NCBI GenBank assembly: GCA_001655205.1
Contig: LPNZ01003347.1
Location: forward strand, 1-46,498
Origin: Lenisia limosa
Taxonomy: Eukaryota > Protista > Breviatea
Direction: 5' to 3'
Length of the DNA: 46,498 bases
Part shown: in pieces, positions 11,801 to 24,300 of the stretch
Position numbering within the stretch: position 1 is the stretch's first letter
Layout: each line of letters starts with the position of its first letter
Notes under the pieces: model-generated
Told to the model about the DNA's origin: nothing
What the model saw: the letters and a program-made list of their open reading frames with translations, nothing else
Database searches by the model: none
Made by a program: the position numbers and the translations under genes

Positions 11801-14800
11801 ANNNNNNNNNNNNNNNNNNNNNNNNNNNNNNNNNNNNNNNNNNNNNNNNNNNNNNNNNNNNNNNNNNNNNNNNNNNNNNNNNNNNNNNNNNNNNNNNNNN
11901 NNNNNNNNNNNNNNNATACGCTTCAGATTATGCTCAACTCTCACCACCAACATTGCAGTATAACTTGACGTTGGACTGAAGAGACTTTGCCAATGCTTCA
12001 AGTGCCTCATTATCGTTGGTGTTACCTAGGGGGTGAAGACTGCAACTGATACACTCGATATCTCGATATATTCGAAGCTGTACTGGTCCAAATTGGAGTG
12101 TAGGAAGCAAAGCCAGGTATTTGAGAGTAACTTTCGTTCTTGTGATTAATATGTATCTTGATCTTGACAACAAAGAGGCAAAGAACCCCTCACCCGCACA
12201 GCCGACGACAGAGGAGGCAAGGAGTTGGCACGCAGTCTGCTGGGCTTGGTCTAGCGCCTTACTGGAGACCATTGGAAGGGGTGCAAGCGAAGGAGCTAAG
12301 GTGTTATTCGGTTCTTCCATGGCAATTGCCCACCTTTGAGGCTCTCCGGGTAAAGTCCATTCTGGTCTGGGTTGGACATTGCCGACGCATACACCCGGCC
12401 GAATGTCAGTGAAACCTGTACCGTGAGTTCACTTATTCCAACCCCCCATGATCCAGAAAACTCACAATATTCCCAACGGGCGACACTCTTGGCCACTTGT
12501 CGGCAATGGCGTGTTTGAGGCCGGCGGCAGCCGCTTGGAGGGGCCATGGGCAGCGGGTCGGATTGTTGACAACTGTCCGAATGGCATCGGATACGGCTTC
12601 ATGAAGGAGATCGTCCGAAGTGTACGGCAGGTCTGGGAGGTTATACCCGGTCGGCTTGGATCCATGATCACGCGAGTCAGTAGAGTAACAGCATGATTAG
12701 GTGGGAGCACGCACAAACTCAGCCAAATCATGAACTTGAAGCTCTCTATGACAAAGACACTTTTCTTTCCAAGCCCCCACCCCCACTTCTAGTGACGCCG
12801 GTCCCATCAATATCTGAGAGGGCTTCGGCGTTATCAAATACATACTCCATGGTAGGTGCCAACATCTGATAGGGGGTGAAAAGGAACTTTTAACCTTCAG
12901 TGCAGCTTGTCACATATTACTGAAACACCATGTATTTGTGTGTGTGCGTGTGAACTTCCATTTAATTGAAGACTCAGACATATCCCACCTCTTTCAAGTG
13001 TTCCATCAGCACGGGGGCAAGAACACTGTGTAAGACGTGCGCGGCGGCCGAGGGTCCCGCTAAAGCTAAACCTGGGGGGGGGGGGGNNNNNNNNNNNNNN
13101 NNNNNNNNNNNNNNNNNNNNNNNNNNNNNNNNNNNNNNNNNNNNNNNNNAAAAATATTGAAGTTAACCCTGACCAGTTGTTTTCAGAATATTAACCACAC
13201 GTATTGCACGCCAATATCCAACCTGGGGAGGGAGAGGTGCAAGCCTCATCATAAATGGCCGTCCTGACAAGATGCGGCGCCATATCTCGATACGCAAACA
13301 GCACCGCCAACGACGCCGGCACCAAGGCTTCAGATGACGTCATCAGAATACCGCGAGCAACCACCTGGGTGATGAATACATCAGACTATCTACTCAACAT
13401 CCCGCACCACCCAACATCCCCGCACCAATGGTCTCGCGTCCGGGGGCCCGGCGTTGGTCTCGACAAGGAGGTTGAGGAGTGCGTCTTGCCCGGGCGTGAG
13501 CACGAGCGCGCTGTCCTGAGCCAACTCCGAGAGAGACAATCCACCACCTTGGCGGTGAGTGTTTGCAGTGAAGTCTCTATTGAACCTAGGATGATACCAA
13601 AAGACACCCACTCTCCTCGTGATAACTGAACCCACCCACCCAGAACCAGCGTTCCACCTTCATCAGAAGAAAGCGACAATATTGAGTCGGATGCTTGGTC
13701 CAAACTAGCCTCAGCCCGAAGGGACTCGTCAAAGGTCTTGTCCTAATATGTTAAGTGTACTAAGGTCTGTCTTTTCCTAATATGGTAAGTGTCAAGTGCA
13801 TCTGCAATAGATACTCCCAAAAAAACAGTCCTGTTGTTTTCAATCTACTTCCCCTTCTCCAGCCGACCTGTAGACCCGTGTCATTGGGACCGAAGGAATG
13901 CAGCATGACACTTTTGAAGAGCTGCAGGAGTTAGACGGTAATTGACGTTCTTTAGCTCCTCACCCCCCACCTCCTCATCAACATGGTCCTTGGTGGCGTT
14001 CTTGTGGTACAAAAGACAGAACAGAGCCGTGGCGAGCAGCAGCGCCACAATCAACGCCGACATGAACCACAGAAACCAGGCTGGGAGGGGGTCTGCCGAG
14101 TCTGTGGCCGGGTAGCACAAGTCAAACGTCTCTCGATCTGAGGCATGAGTGTGTACCACATACAAGAAAGAGTCACATGACTAACCTTTTTCAGGAGTAC
14201 AGAGAATGGAGGGGGCGCAGAATGCCGAGGCTTCGTCCACTGTACTTGTGCACCAGGAGCAGTTGTTGAATGCTGGGGGTAAGGGATATCAAAAGAAGTG
14301 AAAGTGCTGAAGCAGAACAACTATGTATGGACTATGAATGCACTATGAATGCACTATATATGTACTATATTTGTACTATGAATGTACTAAGTATGTATAC
14401 ATACAATGTACATACAACGTATACATAATTTGTACATACAATATATATGTACATACAATGTATGGGTTGGGTCCATCGAATTTATGAGAAACAGCTCAAC
14501 AAAGAAAGCCCCCCCACCGCTTCTTGTCGATTCGGAGCAGCTGACACAATCCGCAAAAGAGCCACATGCCTGTTCAAGAAGCGTGTAGTCTGAAGAAATA
14601 AAATGTCTCGGGGAGGGGCGAAGATTTCATCAAACTGATTCGCAAAACAAAGCCAGCCAGTTGACCACACTACAACGCATTTAAGAGCAAAAAAGCAAGA
14701 CAACACACACCCACCTGGTTCACAAGTGGCATCTCCAAAGCAAACTCCCTCACAATCCATTGAGGAGTTGTATGGCCGGCCTGGGGGGAGATAAGTTAAA

Positions 14801-17800
14801 GATCTCACTGCCTGACTTAACTACGAATGAGCTATGGTCACCCACACACCAAGCCTACTGTTGTCACCCATTAAGCACCCACCTGTAGTGCCGCCAGTAC
14901 ATTCATCACAATAGTCCACTAATGCGCTTCCGTGGCAATCCCCACTAAACAGTAATACATAAGTGGCAATCCCCACAAAACAGTAATACATAAGTGGCAA
15001 AAAGATAAGTAGGTTATTAGGCTCAAGCTCAAACACAAGAAATGTGCCTTTCTAAATAACAATTAACCAATATTGTACCCCCCAACTTGCAATCCATTGA
15101 GCGGTTTGAGAGGATGGTAGCGCCCGGGGTATAACAGTCGCCACACTCGTCAGGAACCTATTGAGTCATTTCACTACGTAGATTGCTACCAACTAAACAA
15201 CTCGACTACATATCATCATACATGTACATGTACATGTACGTGTATATGTTCGAAAGGAGAAATAAGTAAAGGGTATGAATTGCACCAACCTGGAGGCCAG
15301 GGCATCTGAACACACAGAAAGACGACATTGGGAGTACCAAGTTCGGACACATCGTGCTGTTTGCCTGCAAATAGTGATAACACATAAGCATTTCAATAAA
15401 CTGGGAACAATCAATTATCAATTAAAGCAACAATTACATATTATATGATATTATTCAAAAACTGCCCCCCTGCATACCTGATATTCAAAAACTGCCCCCC
15501 TGCATACCTGATATCCTGGGGTTGGTGCTGGGCTCTCCATGGCTCCTGAACAATGAGAAAACCAGATGGAAAACAGGCAAAAGCTGAAGTGGAGACATTC
15601 AACCTACCCAGTTTAGCGGTGTGGCACTCGGACAAGGCATGGCACCATGCACAGTGCACACTGGATGTGCATTCCCCACAACTGCCCAATGTGGAACAGT
15701 CCGGCGCTGGGGTGTGTGACATTCAAATCAAATGAGTACATCGCTATGATAAGTTCTCTATAATACGATGATTACCCCTATGTATTCCTTATACCCCCCC
15801 TCGCCCACGGCATTGATCGGAAGTTGGTATCCAATTGTAGTCCGGGCCGGAGCAAGTCGTATTGTGCACCGGTTGGCATGTTTCACTACTTTCACACCAC
15901 CCGCAGTAGGCATCTGGATCGTGAGATCAGTAGAGTGAAATGAAATGTGGGATTGTTTGGATTATTTGACAATAAAACGCATTTCCGAGAAAAAGGATGA
16001 ATGAAAAGAGGAAGAGAAGAGAATAATAGAAGGATTGCTAAATATCATTGGGTACTTACACTCACCATTGTTACAGTCAGCACAAGTGGACAGAGTTGAG
16101 CAGTCAGGGCAACGGGAATGGTACCAATAGTCTGGTTCTGTTGTGTGCAGGGGGCGCGAAGAACTGCCCCTGGAAGTGGTGAATGGACCATAGTATAATG
16201 CTGCTTACCTCAGACACAATGAAGCCAAGGGGTCCCAACCACAACGCCTGTCGTCAACACACGTGGCACACGCAACACTAAATCGGTCACAATCAAAACC
16301 ACACAAATTAGACAAGTTCTTGGAAATTTACCCACTTTTGTTCGCAAAGAGGACATGAAGAGGCGTCCCAGAAGGAGATTGGACAAGCGAGCGGCAGAAC
16401 TTCCGCATTAGGCAAGTGTGACGGATATGCTTCGGATGAGGACCCGGGTAAACAGGTCAGTGATGACTCACACCAGCCACACCCTGGTGAGTGAGAAGAA
16501 AGTTTGAAAATAATATTGATGATCCAAACATTATTCATACCAGGGCTTGTGTCACACTCAGAGCATGTAGTGAAATTACTACAGAGAGGACCTACAACAT
16601 CAAAGGGATAAATCATTACATCAAGAGTAGTATTATAACCCCCAGGTGTCCTCTATAACCACTCCCCCTACAGGTGTCCCCGTCAGTCAACAATCCGGCC
16701 GAACAAGCCGAACCGAACTGGGTAGAACCGTTTCCAAAAGTGCAAAACTGGCTACTTGGACACCAAGAACACCGCGGATCTGGGCGGTTACAAGGGTATC
16801 AAAACCCAAAGAGGAAGGTCGCAAATAGCCCACATACCCGCAACACAGTCACCACAATTAGCGCTGGCGCAAGAAGAGCACGAAGCGTAGAACCAAACAA
16901 GAGGGTCGACAGAGGAATGATAGGCCCCGGCAGCCGTGCCCCTAAAGTGTAATTTATCATCGCTATCACATCTTAGCCCACCTTAAGCACGTGCCTCCTC
17001 CGGCGTCCCATCCACATCGCTCATCTGAGGAACACTCTGAGCAGGCCGTATACACCCCACATGTGAAACAGGTGCTATTGTCCCAAGCCAGGGCTGGGCA
17101 TTCACGGGGCGTATAAGGCTCAGAGCGGCCTGATTGGTTAATAATCCCTCATGAACCATTGTTTTGCGAACGACGTTTCTTGGTTTCAAATCAACACCTC
17201 TTGCAAATGGCTTACAAAACATTAGAAGGTGAAAAACGAACAAATGATATCATATCATATACTATAGGTAATAGTCGTAGGTCTTCAAAAAACACTTTTG
17301 TTGAGAAATCCTTTATTGTTATCCATTTCACAGGTTCAACGATATGCCATACCCGGTAAGCACTGCTGTGAGGAATCGCACCATCCACACCCGTAGGTCT
17401 CTGAACACTCCGAACAACTGCTAAGGGAGGGGCAATCCAAACCTACAAACCATGAGGCTATTGAGAAATATGAAAGAATCTATGTGAAATGAGAAATGAA
17501 AGCTCAGAAGATTCAAAAACACTTTCAAGAATGAAGATGCTTGCTGAAGACAGCATACACTGGTTATTTTCAAAGGTGTAGTCCAAACATGGCGTCACGT
17601 AAGGCTCAGTGGCGTCTCCGCCAACACACGACGCAGACGACGCGCACCATCCGCAGAGGGGGTCTGTGGGATGATAATGTGTCATCAATCCAAGATATCA
17701 ACTCTACTGAAACCACCAAATGTACTTTGAGGGTTGTAAAAAGTGACTGGTTTTTGCAACAGGCACTGTTATGGATAATTAAACAATAAAAACAGACCAA

Positions 17801-20600
17801 TATCAGCGCCACTAACCCATGCCACAAGCCGTGCATTCTGAATGAGCGTTACAAATGGGGCATTCATTGAAGGCCCACGCTTCCGCCCTTAAACGGTCAA
17901 GTGAAAATGACGAGTTTTACAGAGTAACATTACGGGGGTACAATCGTCTGTACACCAAACAGTGAGCACCATCCCTCATACACGCATTGAGACGTTGTGA
18001 GGTCCACTTTGGTTTGTTCCCAAGGGGCAGAACTGAAGGACGTTACTGTGTACGTTTCAGCTGAGGGTGAAGCATTCTGGGGGGTGAGGATGGTAAGGCA
18101 GGATTGCTTAATTAGCTGTAAAAGGCCAAGTCTATGTTGCAAAACACCGCAGCGAGGGAAGAAAGGCATACCAAACAAAGCTGCGAGAGAGAGCACCAGC
18201 CACAACCGGTGGCAGCGGCGCACTGGTCACATTCAGTTAATTCGCTGCAGTCACTCCCTAAAGGATTAGGGTTTGGAACATCAACAATTCCCTTGAACCA
18301 AAGAATCTCATACTCCACGACTTTACCAATCTCTGAAAAGCCTACCAGAGCTACGAAGAGTGGACGAAATATTCGAATCAGCAACAGCCACAGTCAACGA
18401 CTCAACCACAATGAAAGCTGTCGTGGTTGACGGCAGGGCAAATTGAACTGAGGAATAAGACCGCAATGAGCAATATGACAATGTGGGCTGCATTTACATG
18501 TAAAGTAACTTACCAGCACTTGATGCGTTTGCTGACACTGAAAGAACATGGGGAGTGTCACATCCAAAAACGACTGAGGTCTAAAACTGTCAGACCAAAA
18601 ATACCGATAACAATCAAAAACGCAACGGACTTTTAGAAACATAGGAAAATAGGTCCTGTACCAAACGAATAAACAATATCGGCATGGTCTAAAAACGTAT
18701 CTAATATGAAAACAGAGCCGTTCGCACCTCAACGGAGCCGCTGACAAGGCTGGCCCCGGCCTGTGGTACACAAGGCAGTGTGATGGCTTGAAGATTCGAC
18801 ACCAGGGGGGAGTCCTGCGACGTAAATGAGAATGGATTGAAAACGACAAAAACCAAGATATAAACTCCTTTGAATTCGAACACGAGTGTACATTATGCCC
18901 AGTTACCCCCACAGTTGCAAAGGTGAGAGCATCTATAGTTGCAATACTCCAGGTTCCTGGGTAGTAAGTCTATAGTTACAATACTCCAGGTTCCTGGGGG
19001 GTGAGTCTATAGTTGCAATACTCCAGGTTCCTGGGGGTGAGTCTTTTCTTTGGGTACTGTTGGGGTGAATTGCTCTTCAGTCCTTCCCACCAGTTGTTTC
19101 CTCTTTAGCCGTGATTATGACGGAAGATGGACTTGTGAGAGCCAAAAACTTCAGAGAATGATCAGCCACCACCTTGAGAATCAGAAACAGCTTGACATGT
19201 CCTTAAAACTATACATGTGACAAACACCCACTCTGTAGGATGTGAATGAAGAACCTCCATTGAAGAAGGTTGTCAAATCAAACTGGGAAGTGAGAAGAAT
19301 CTCAAAGGGACTTTCAACAAATACACCATCAGAGTGTTGATATAAAAACTAAACAAGTACATACTGGCAGAAACACATCTCATATTGTCGGTCAAAATTG
19401 ATGGAAAAGATGTAAAACAAAGTCAATTACGTCAATGATCAAACGGTAACAAACCTTCAGGAGAATACCACCGTTCACAGCCAAATGATAGCCAGTTGTG
19501 AACAAAATAGACCTATGCAGTGAGGTGGAGGGTTACGTAGAACTTTGGAAAATAGAATTGATGTAACAATTACATGTTTTCTCAAGAATCACCTAGTCTG
19601 TGGCACGTACACAGCGCTTTGAACAAAACCTGGACCAAGTTTATGCGTGGTTGAGATCTAAGTTGTTACTGCTGTAGTGATAATATATAAGGTAGGTAAA
19701 CTCCATACCTTAAACGTTGAAACGGGTATGACAACTATTTGGGCTTCTCGCTCGTTGGTGGCAAAAATAACTACACTAAGAGGATTAATACCTACAATTA
19801 TCTCGATTAGTGCGGTCATTCAGAGGAACTATCAAATTGTGAGGATATCCACCATATTGATTCCAACGCCTCCACATGATAAATCCCCAAGGTCAAGACT
19901 CACTTTTCAATTGGGTCGTAAACAGCTGTAGAGAACAAGGAAATGGAAACTGTTTCCAACTCAGTCTATACAGTCAAAAGATCAGAAGATCAGAAGAGGA
20001 AGCTAACAGCCCAAGCCCATCTGCAAAGCAACCTTCGTGAAGTAAAACACTTACCCTAAGCCAAAACAGTACAAAAGGCCCCTCACCGTTGCTCCTGACG
20101 CAAGTGAGGTTCGATATATTTTGCCTGGATAAACTGCAGAACTTGAAGCTAAAAAGTTATCATCTGTGCTACCCGTGAAACATAAGAGAATAGATGTTGA
20201 ATAAATATCTTACCGTAATAAGCAAAGCCATCACCAGGTGTAAGGAGGCATGCCAAGTCCTCAATACTTAGGTCAAATGAACCTGTAGGCATTAGGTTGT
20301 TTCAGATAACGCTTTACTATCACTCTTAAATCCCCTCACGAAGAACATTTAGTGTTGCATTGAAGATGTGGAGCGTAGTACCTCCTGATTCTGAAGTTTG
20401 AGATCAGCAGATTCGTTAACAAGGAAGTGCTATTCAAGGTTTGACGATGCCGAGACCAACCTGTCAGGGCCACCCCCAAATTCTGCTCGGCATCATAAGA
20501 GGCCTTGACAACGGCAGATCCCAGGCCAAGTGTCAAGTCATGTGTTGATGCAATACCATGACTGTCGCGTAAGAAGAAAGCATTAAATAAAAACAAAGTT
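8877..20600 (-). CDS. Single-pass receptor-like protein: beta-propeller, ~6 PSI repeats, Cys-rich DCxG repeats, TM helix and two tandem RasGAP-fold domains (5' end approximate)
   Basis: Blade motifs (DGFAYYG, YPGKIYRTSL, STAVYDPIE..VVIFATNEREAQIVVIPV, QSAVYVPQTRSILFTTG) at ~19.2-20.5 kb. PSI units (CSELTECDQCAAATGCGWC, DPLCGWCASSASC, DPRCSWCPSSQFC, CSNFTTCSECDTSPGCGWC, DAYCGWCESSETC, CSTLGSCGECTSSVHCAWC) at 15.5-18.3 kb. DCHGSALVDYCDEC and MDCEGVCFGDATC at 14.7-15.1 kb. TM WFLWFMSALIVALLLATALFCLLY at ~14.0 kb. RasGAP motifs at 13.4-11.7 kb and again at 10.7-9.6 kb. Stop TGA at 8877-8879. Confidence 0.85.
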
Positions 20601-21300
20601 GCTGCAATTTGTGATTTTACAAATCCATTTTATTCAGCGCGGGGAAGGGATATAAAGTGTAAAAAAAGTTGAAACAACAAAGATAATGGAACGTTTCAAA
20701 ACAACATCGGATCTTGGGCTGTTTTTTTAAAAAAATACGGTGATAAATATGATCAAATATTCTTATACATATTCGAAAAATATAAAGTAAGTCATCTGTT
20801 ATTATAACAGTTATTCGCGCAAAATATTGAAGGGAGAGGAAAACAGGCAGGAGCCTCCTTCACTATCATATTAAATATTAACTTAACACAACAACTCAGG
20901 TAGGAGAGCAAAAAAAGCGGCCTTGAATAAACATACAAACCTGGCAGAGGCAATTAACGCAAATGATATCACAAGAAACACTAGCCTTTGAACTAAATAA
21001 CTGTAAATCATTCTTTAATTTACGAAAAAAGCCTCTATAAGAACAAAAACTGTTGATAACTCGATAACGAATTCATTATTCCTAAATATGTTATTATAAT
21101 TAGTAACAATAGTGCTAAATATATCGTATTCAGTATAGAGAGGATCCAAATGTCAGAAAAAAACGAACCTAAAACTACATTGATCATCGATCAAGTATAC
21201 ATGAACAAAATCAACAATGAAAAGTTGTAAATAGGCAAATAGGAGAACTTAACAGCATAACGCTTTATCGATATTGAATTATTAACAGGCCTTAAACACC

Positions 21301-24300
21301 ATGAAGGCTGGTTTTTCAGGATTCAAAATTGGTGGTAGTGGAGCTAAGACGAAGAAGAACCCCAGAGCCAACATTTTCATCAAGAAGGAGAAGCAAAGAG
21401 TTGGTTGAGTTAAGGAAACTCTCTTATTGTTTAGGAACAAAGAGATCAGGAAGAGGCTAGCTCTGTTATTGACACCTTTGTCAATTCTTTCGATTCCAGA
21501 TATGCTGAAAAGCCAACAACAGCCGGATTTGTCTCCGGTGGAACCTTCAACCCTGAAACCAACCAGATGGACGGCGCTCCCAAGACACTTCCTCCCCCCT
21601 CTGCTCCCCCTGCACCTTCGAAGGCGTTGCTAGCCTCTATGGGACAATCAAATAAAAATGTTGGCTCCTCATCATTTGCTCTCTATTGATGACAATGGAC
21701 TTTAGATATTCCTGGTATTACTTGCAAGGATCATTTCTTTTCATTAATTACCCTATTTATATTTTCAAGTTTGTTCACATTTTTGAATATTGTTATATTT
21801 CTCCCGCTTATTATTCAAAATCATTCCTCTTTTGCAAGATAACCTCAGCAGACCACGCATGTGAGTAGTCCCCCTAAACCCAAGCCAGCCAGTTTTGCTG
21901 GTAAATCTGGCTTCTCATTTGGCGGCAAGCCTGGAGGTACGAGGACTTTGAAGCAATGGAAAGTTGTTTCAACGGTTCATCATCTCAGTTTGATCTAAAA
22001 ATGAACATCACAGCCAACTTCTAGAACTTGATTGTCAATTAACATTTCTGATGTATATAGAGAGAAAAAAGCCCACAATCAAAAGGGCCTTCAACCCTGA
22101 TGAGCAAGAGGTAAGCAAGGTTCTCCTGCTTAATACTCCCAAAATGAATGCTATTGTTGGCTAATTGATATTTGCCTTCGCAATTAGCTTCAACTAACAT
22201 GCAGATGGACACGCCGAAGGTCCAGCCAAAACGCTCAAAAAGGAACATCGACTCCTTTTTGGAGGAACTCAAAGCGTGGGACTTTGAGCTTACTTCATTA
22301 TGAATGGAGCTGATTTGTGACGGATAAGGAATACACTATTATTTGACAACAATCACTCTAATTTATTAGGGAGCAAGGGGAGCGTGATAAGGATTCCCAC
22401 TCCAGCAGGTTGGAATGGTACATATAAGGATTCCCACTCCAGCAGGTTGGAATGGTACATATAAGGATTCCCACTCCAGCAGGTTGGAATGGGACATATA
22501 AGGATTCCCACTCCAGCAGGTTGGAATGGTACATATAAGGATTCCCACTCCAGCAGGTTGGATTGGGACATATCGTTTTCACATTCTCTCTTTTTCTCGT
22601 TTCTAGCCACTCTTCATCTTGCTCCAGCCATTTTTACGAAATCAGCCATTCACACAGTCGCGGCGATGAGGGTTCTAACTTGCTCCACGGCCCCACCAAT
22701 AACTATACCGTGAAGGTGAGTGGGATATTGAAATGTGGTAACGGGATTTTTAGCTTTCATGACACCCACGAGCAAGTTGCATCCAGTCTTATTGTTTAGC
22801 CGACCTTTTCCAACCCAGTGGTTGAGGAGAAACAGCCTGAACCGGATGATGAAGAGTCATCAACGAACCTTTATGTTGGTAACCTTTCTCTCAGCGTTTG
22901 TGGGGCAGTCCTGATTGGCGGTATCGTATGCCACTTATTGATGTGTTTCTGAATTCTTGCGCTTAATTATTGATATTTACCCTGCAGGTGACTGAAGATG
23001 ACCTATCAGATGTGTTCTCAAGATATGGTCCAATCAACTCAGTGAAGGTACGGAGTCCAGGCAAAGCCGTTTACTGCTTGGTTATACTGAATTCCTTCTT
23101 TCACTTCTATATCTAACCCTTCAGATTATGACGAAGCGTGAAGAGAACCGGCGGCGTAACTGCGGCTTTGTGTCCTTTGTCGAACGCGTTCACGCGCTGG
23201 ACGCTCAAGACAACCTCGAAGGTCGGAATGGCGAGGTGGATCGTTATTACTGGTCAATGTTCCATCACAATCGCATTATCATATGAGGGCTTTTCAAGTG
23301 AGGTATAGTTTGACCTCCCCCCCCCCCCCNNNNNNNNNNNNNNNNNNNNNNNNNNNNNNNNNNNNNNNNNNNNNNNNNNNNNNNNNNNNNNNNNNNNNNN
23401 NNNNNNNNNNNNNNNNNNNNNNNNNNNNNGGAAGACCCGTACCTTGGGCGACAGAAAACATATACGGTGTGCTGGGTAGACTAGAGTACAAGCCCAGGAA
23501 ATAGTTTTTATTACGCTCACGCCACAGTTCATCCGAAGTGGCTGAAGCGGGCCGGTGTTCCCGAGGGTGCCAAGTCCTGCGTTGTGTACACCCCGCCGCC
23601 GGATAGGAAAAGCCTTATTGACCGCATGGTATGGGACTTTTGATCGCTACATTTGCAATGAACTTACAGGGACAGTCCCAGTTAACAGAGTTGACATTTT
23701 AGGTTCGGCTTGTTCTTCGCTACGGAAAAGAATTTGAGGTGAGCTATGCAATGAGAGGGGAGAGGGTTGAGGTGATTCCGTTTCTTACTACCCATAACCT
23801 TTATCTCGATTTAGTTTAACCGTCCTCTTTTTCACCACCTAACTGGCCCAGAAAATGGTCTTTGAGAAGGAATACACCAACCCAGATTTCGACTTCCTTA
23901 AAGTCCCACTGTGCCTTGAAAACAACTACTACAGGTATCGCGGTGCAAAGATGTCCTTTGCCATTTTCCGTAATACCCCTCTATATATAGCAATGAGAAA
24001 TAAAATAAGGTTGTATCTGGAGCTGTCCACTATAAACATATCGTACCTACTGTTGTATAAAAGTACGTTGCAAGAACCATGATATGGTATGCTCAAATGG
24101 TGTCTTAGTATCCCACCATATCTTCATTGGAATGGCTCAGATATTGGTGTAAGCATCTATTGGTGAATCTCATCCCCCCCCCCCCTNNNNNNNNNNNNNN
24201 NNNNNNNNNNNNNNNNNNNNNNNNNNNNNNNNNNNNNNNNNNNNNNNNNNNNNNNNNNNNNNNNNNNNNNNNNNNNNNNNNNNNNNCTGGTCGCTAGATG

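Noticed and set aside
14330-14465. AT-rich microsatellite-like tracts (also ~8470-8560 and ~40220-40350)
   Set aside because: These are ordinary low-complexity TA/TAC repeats in introns or intergenic DNA, with no structure supporting an RNA gene.
22387-22571. CRISPR-like 37-bp repeat with a weak internal palindrome
   Set aside because: The copies are contiguous with no spacers, there are no cas genes, and the first unit overlaps a U2SURP exon end and donor site. It is a eukaryotic minisatellite.
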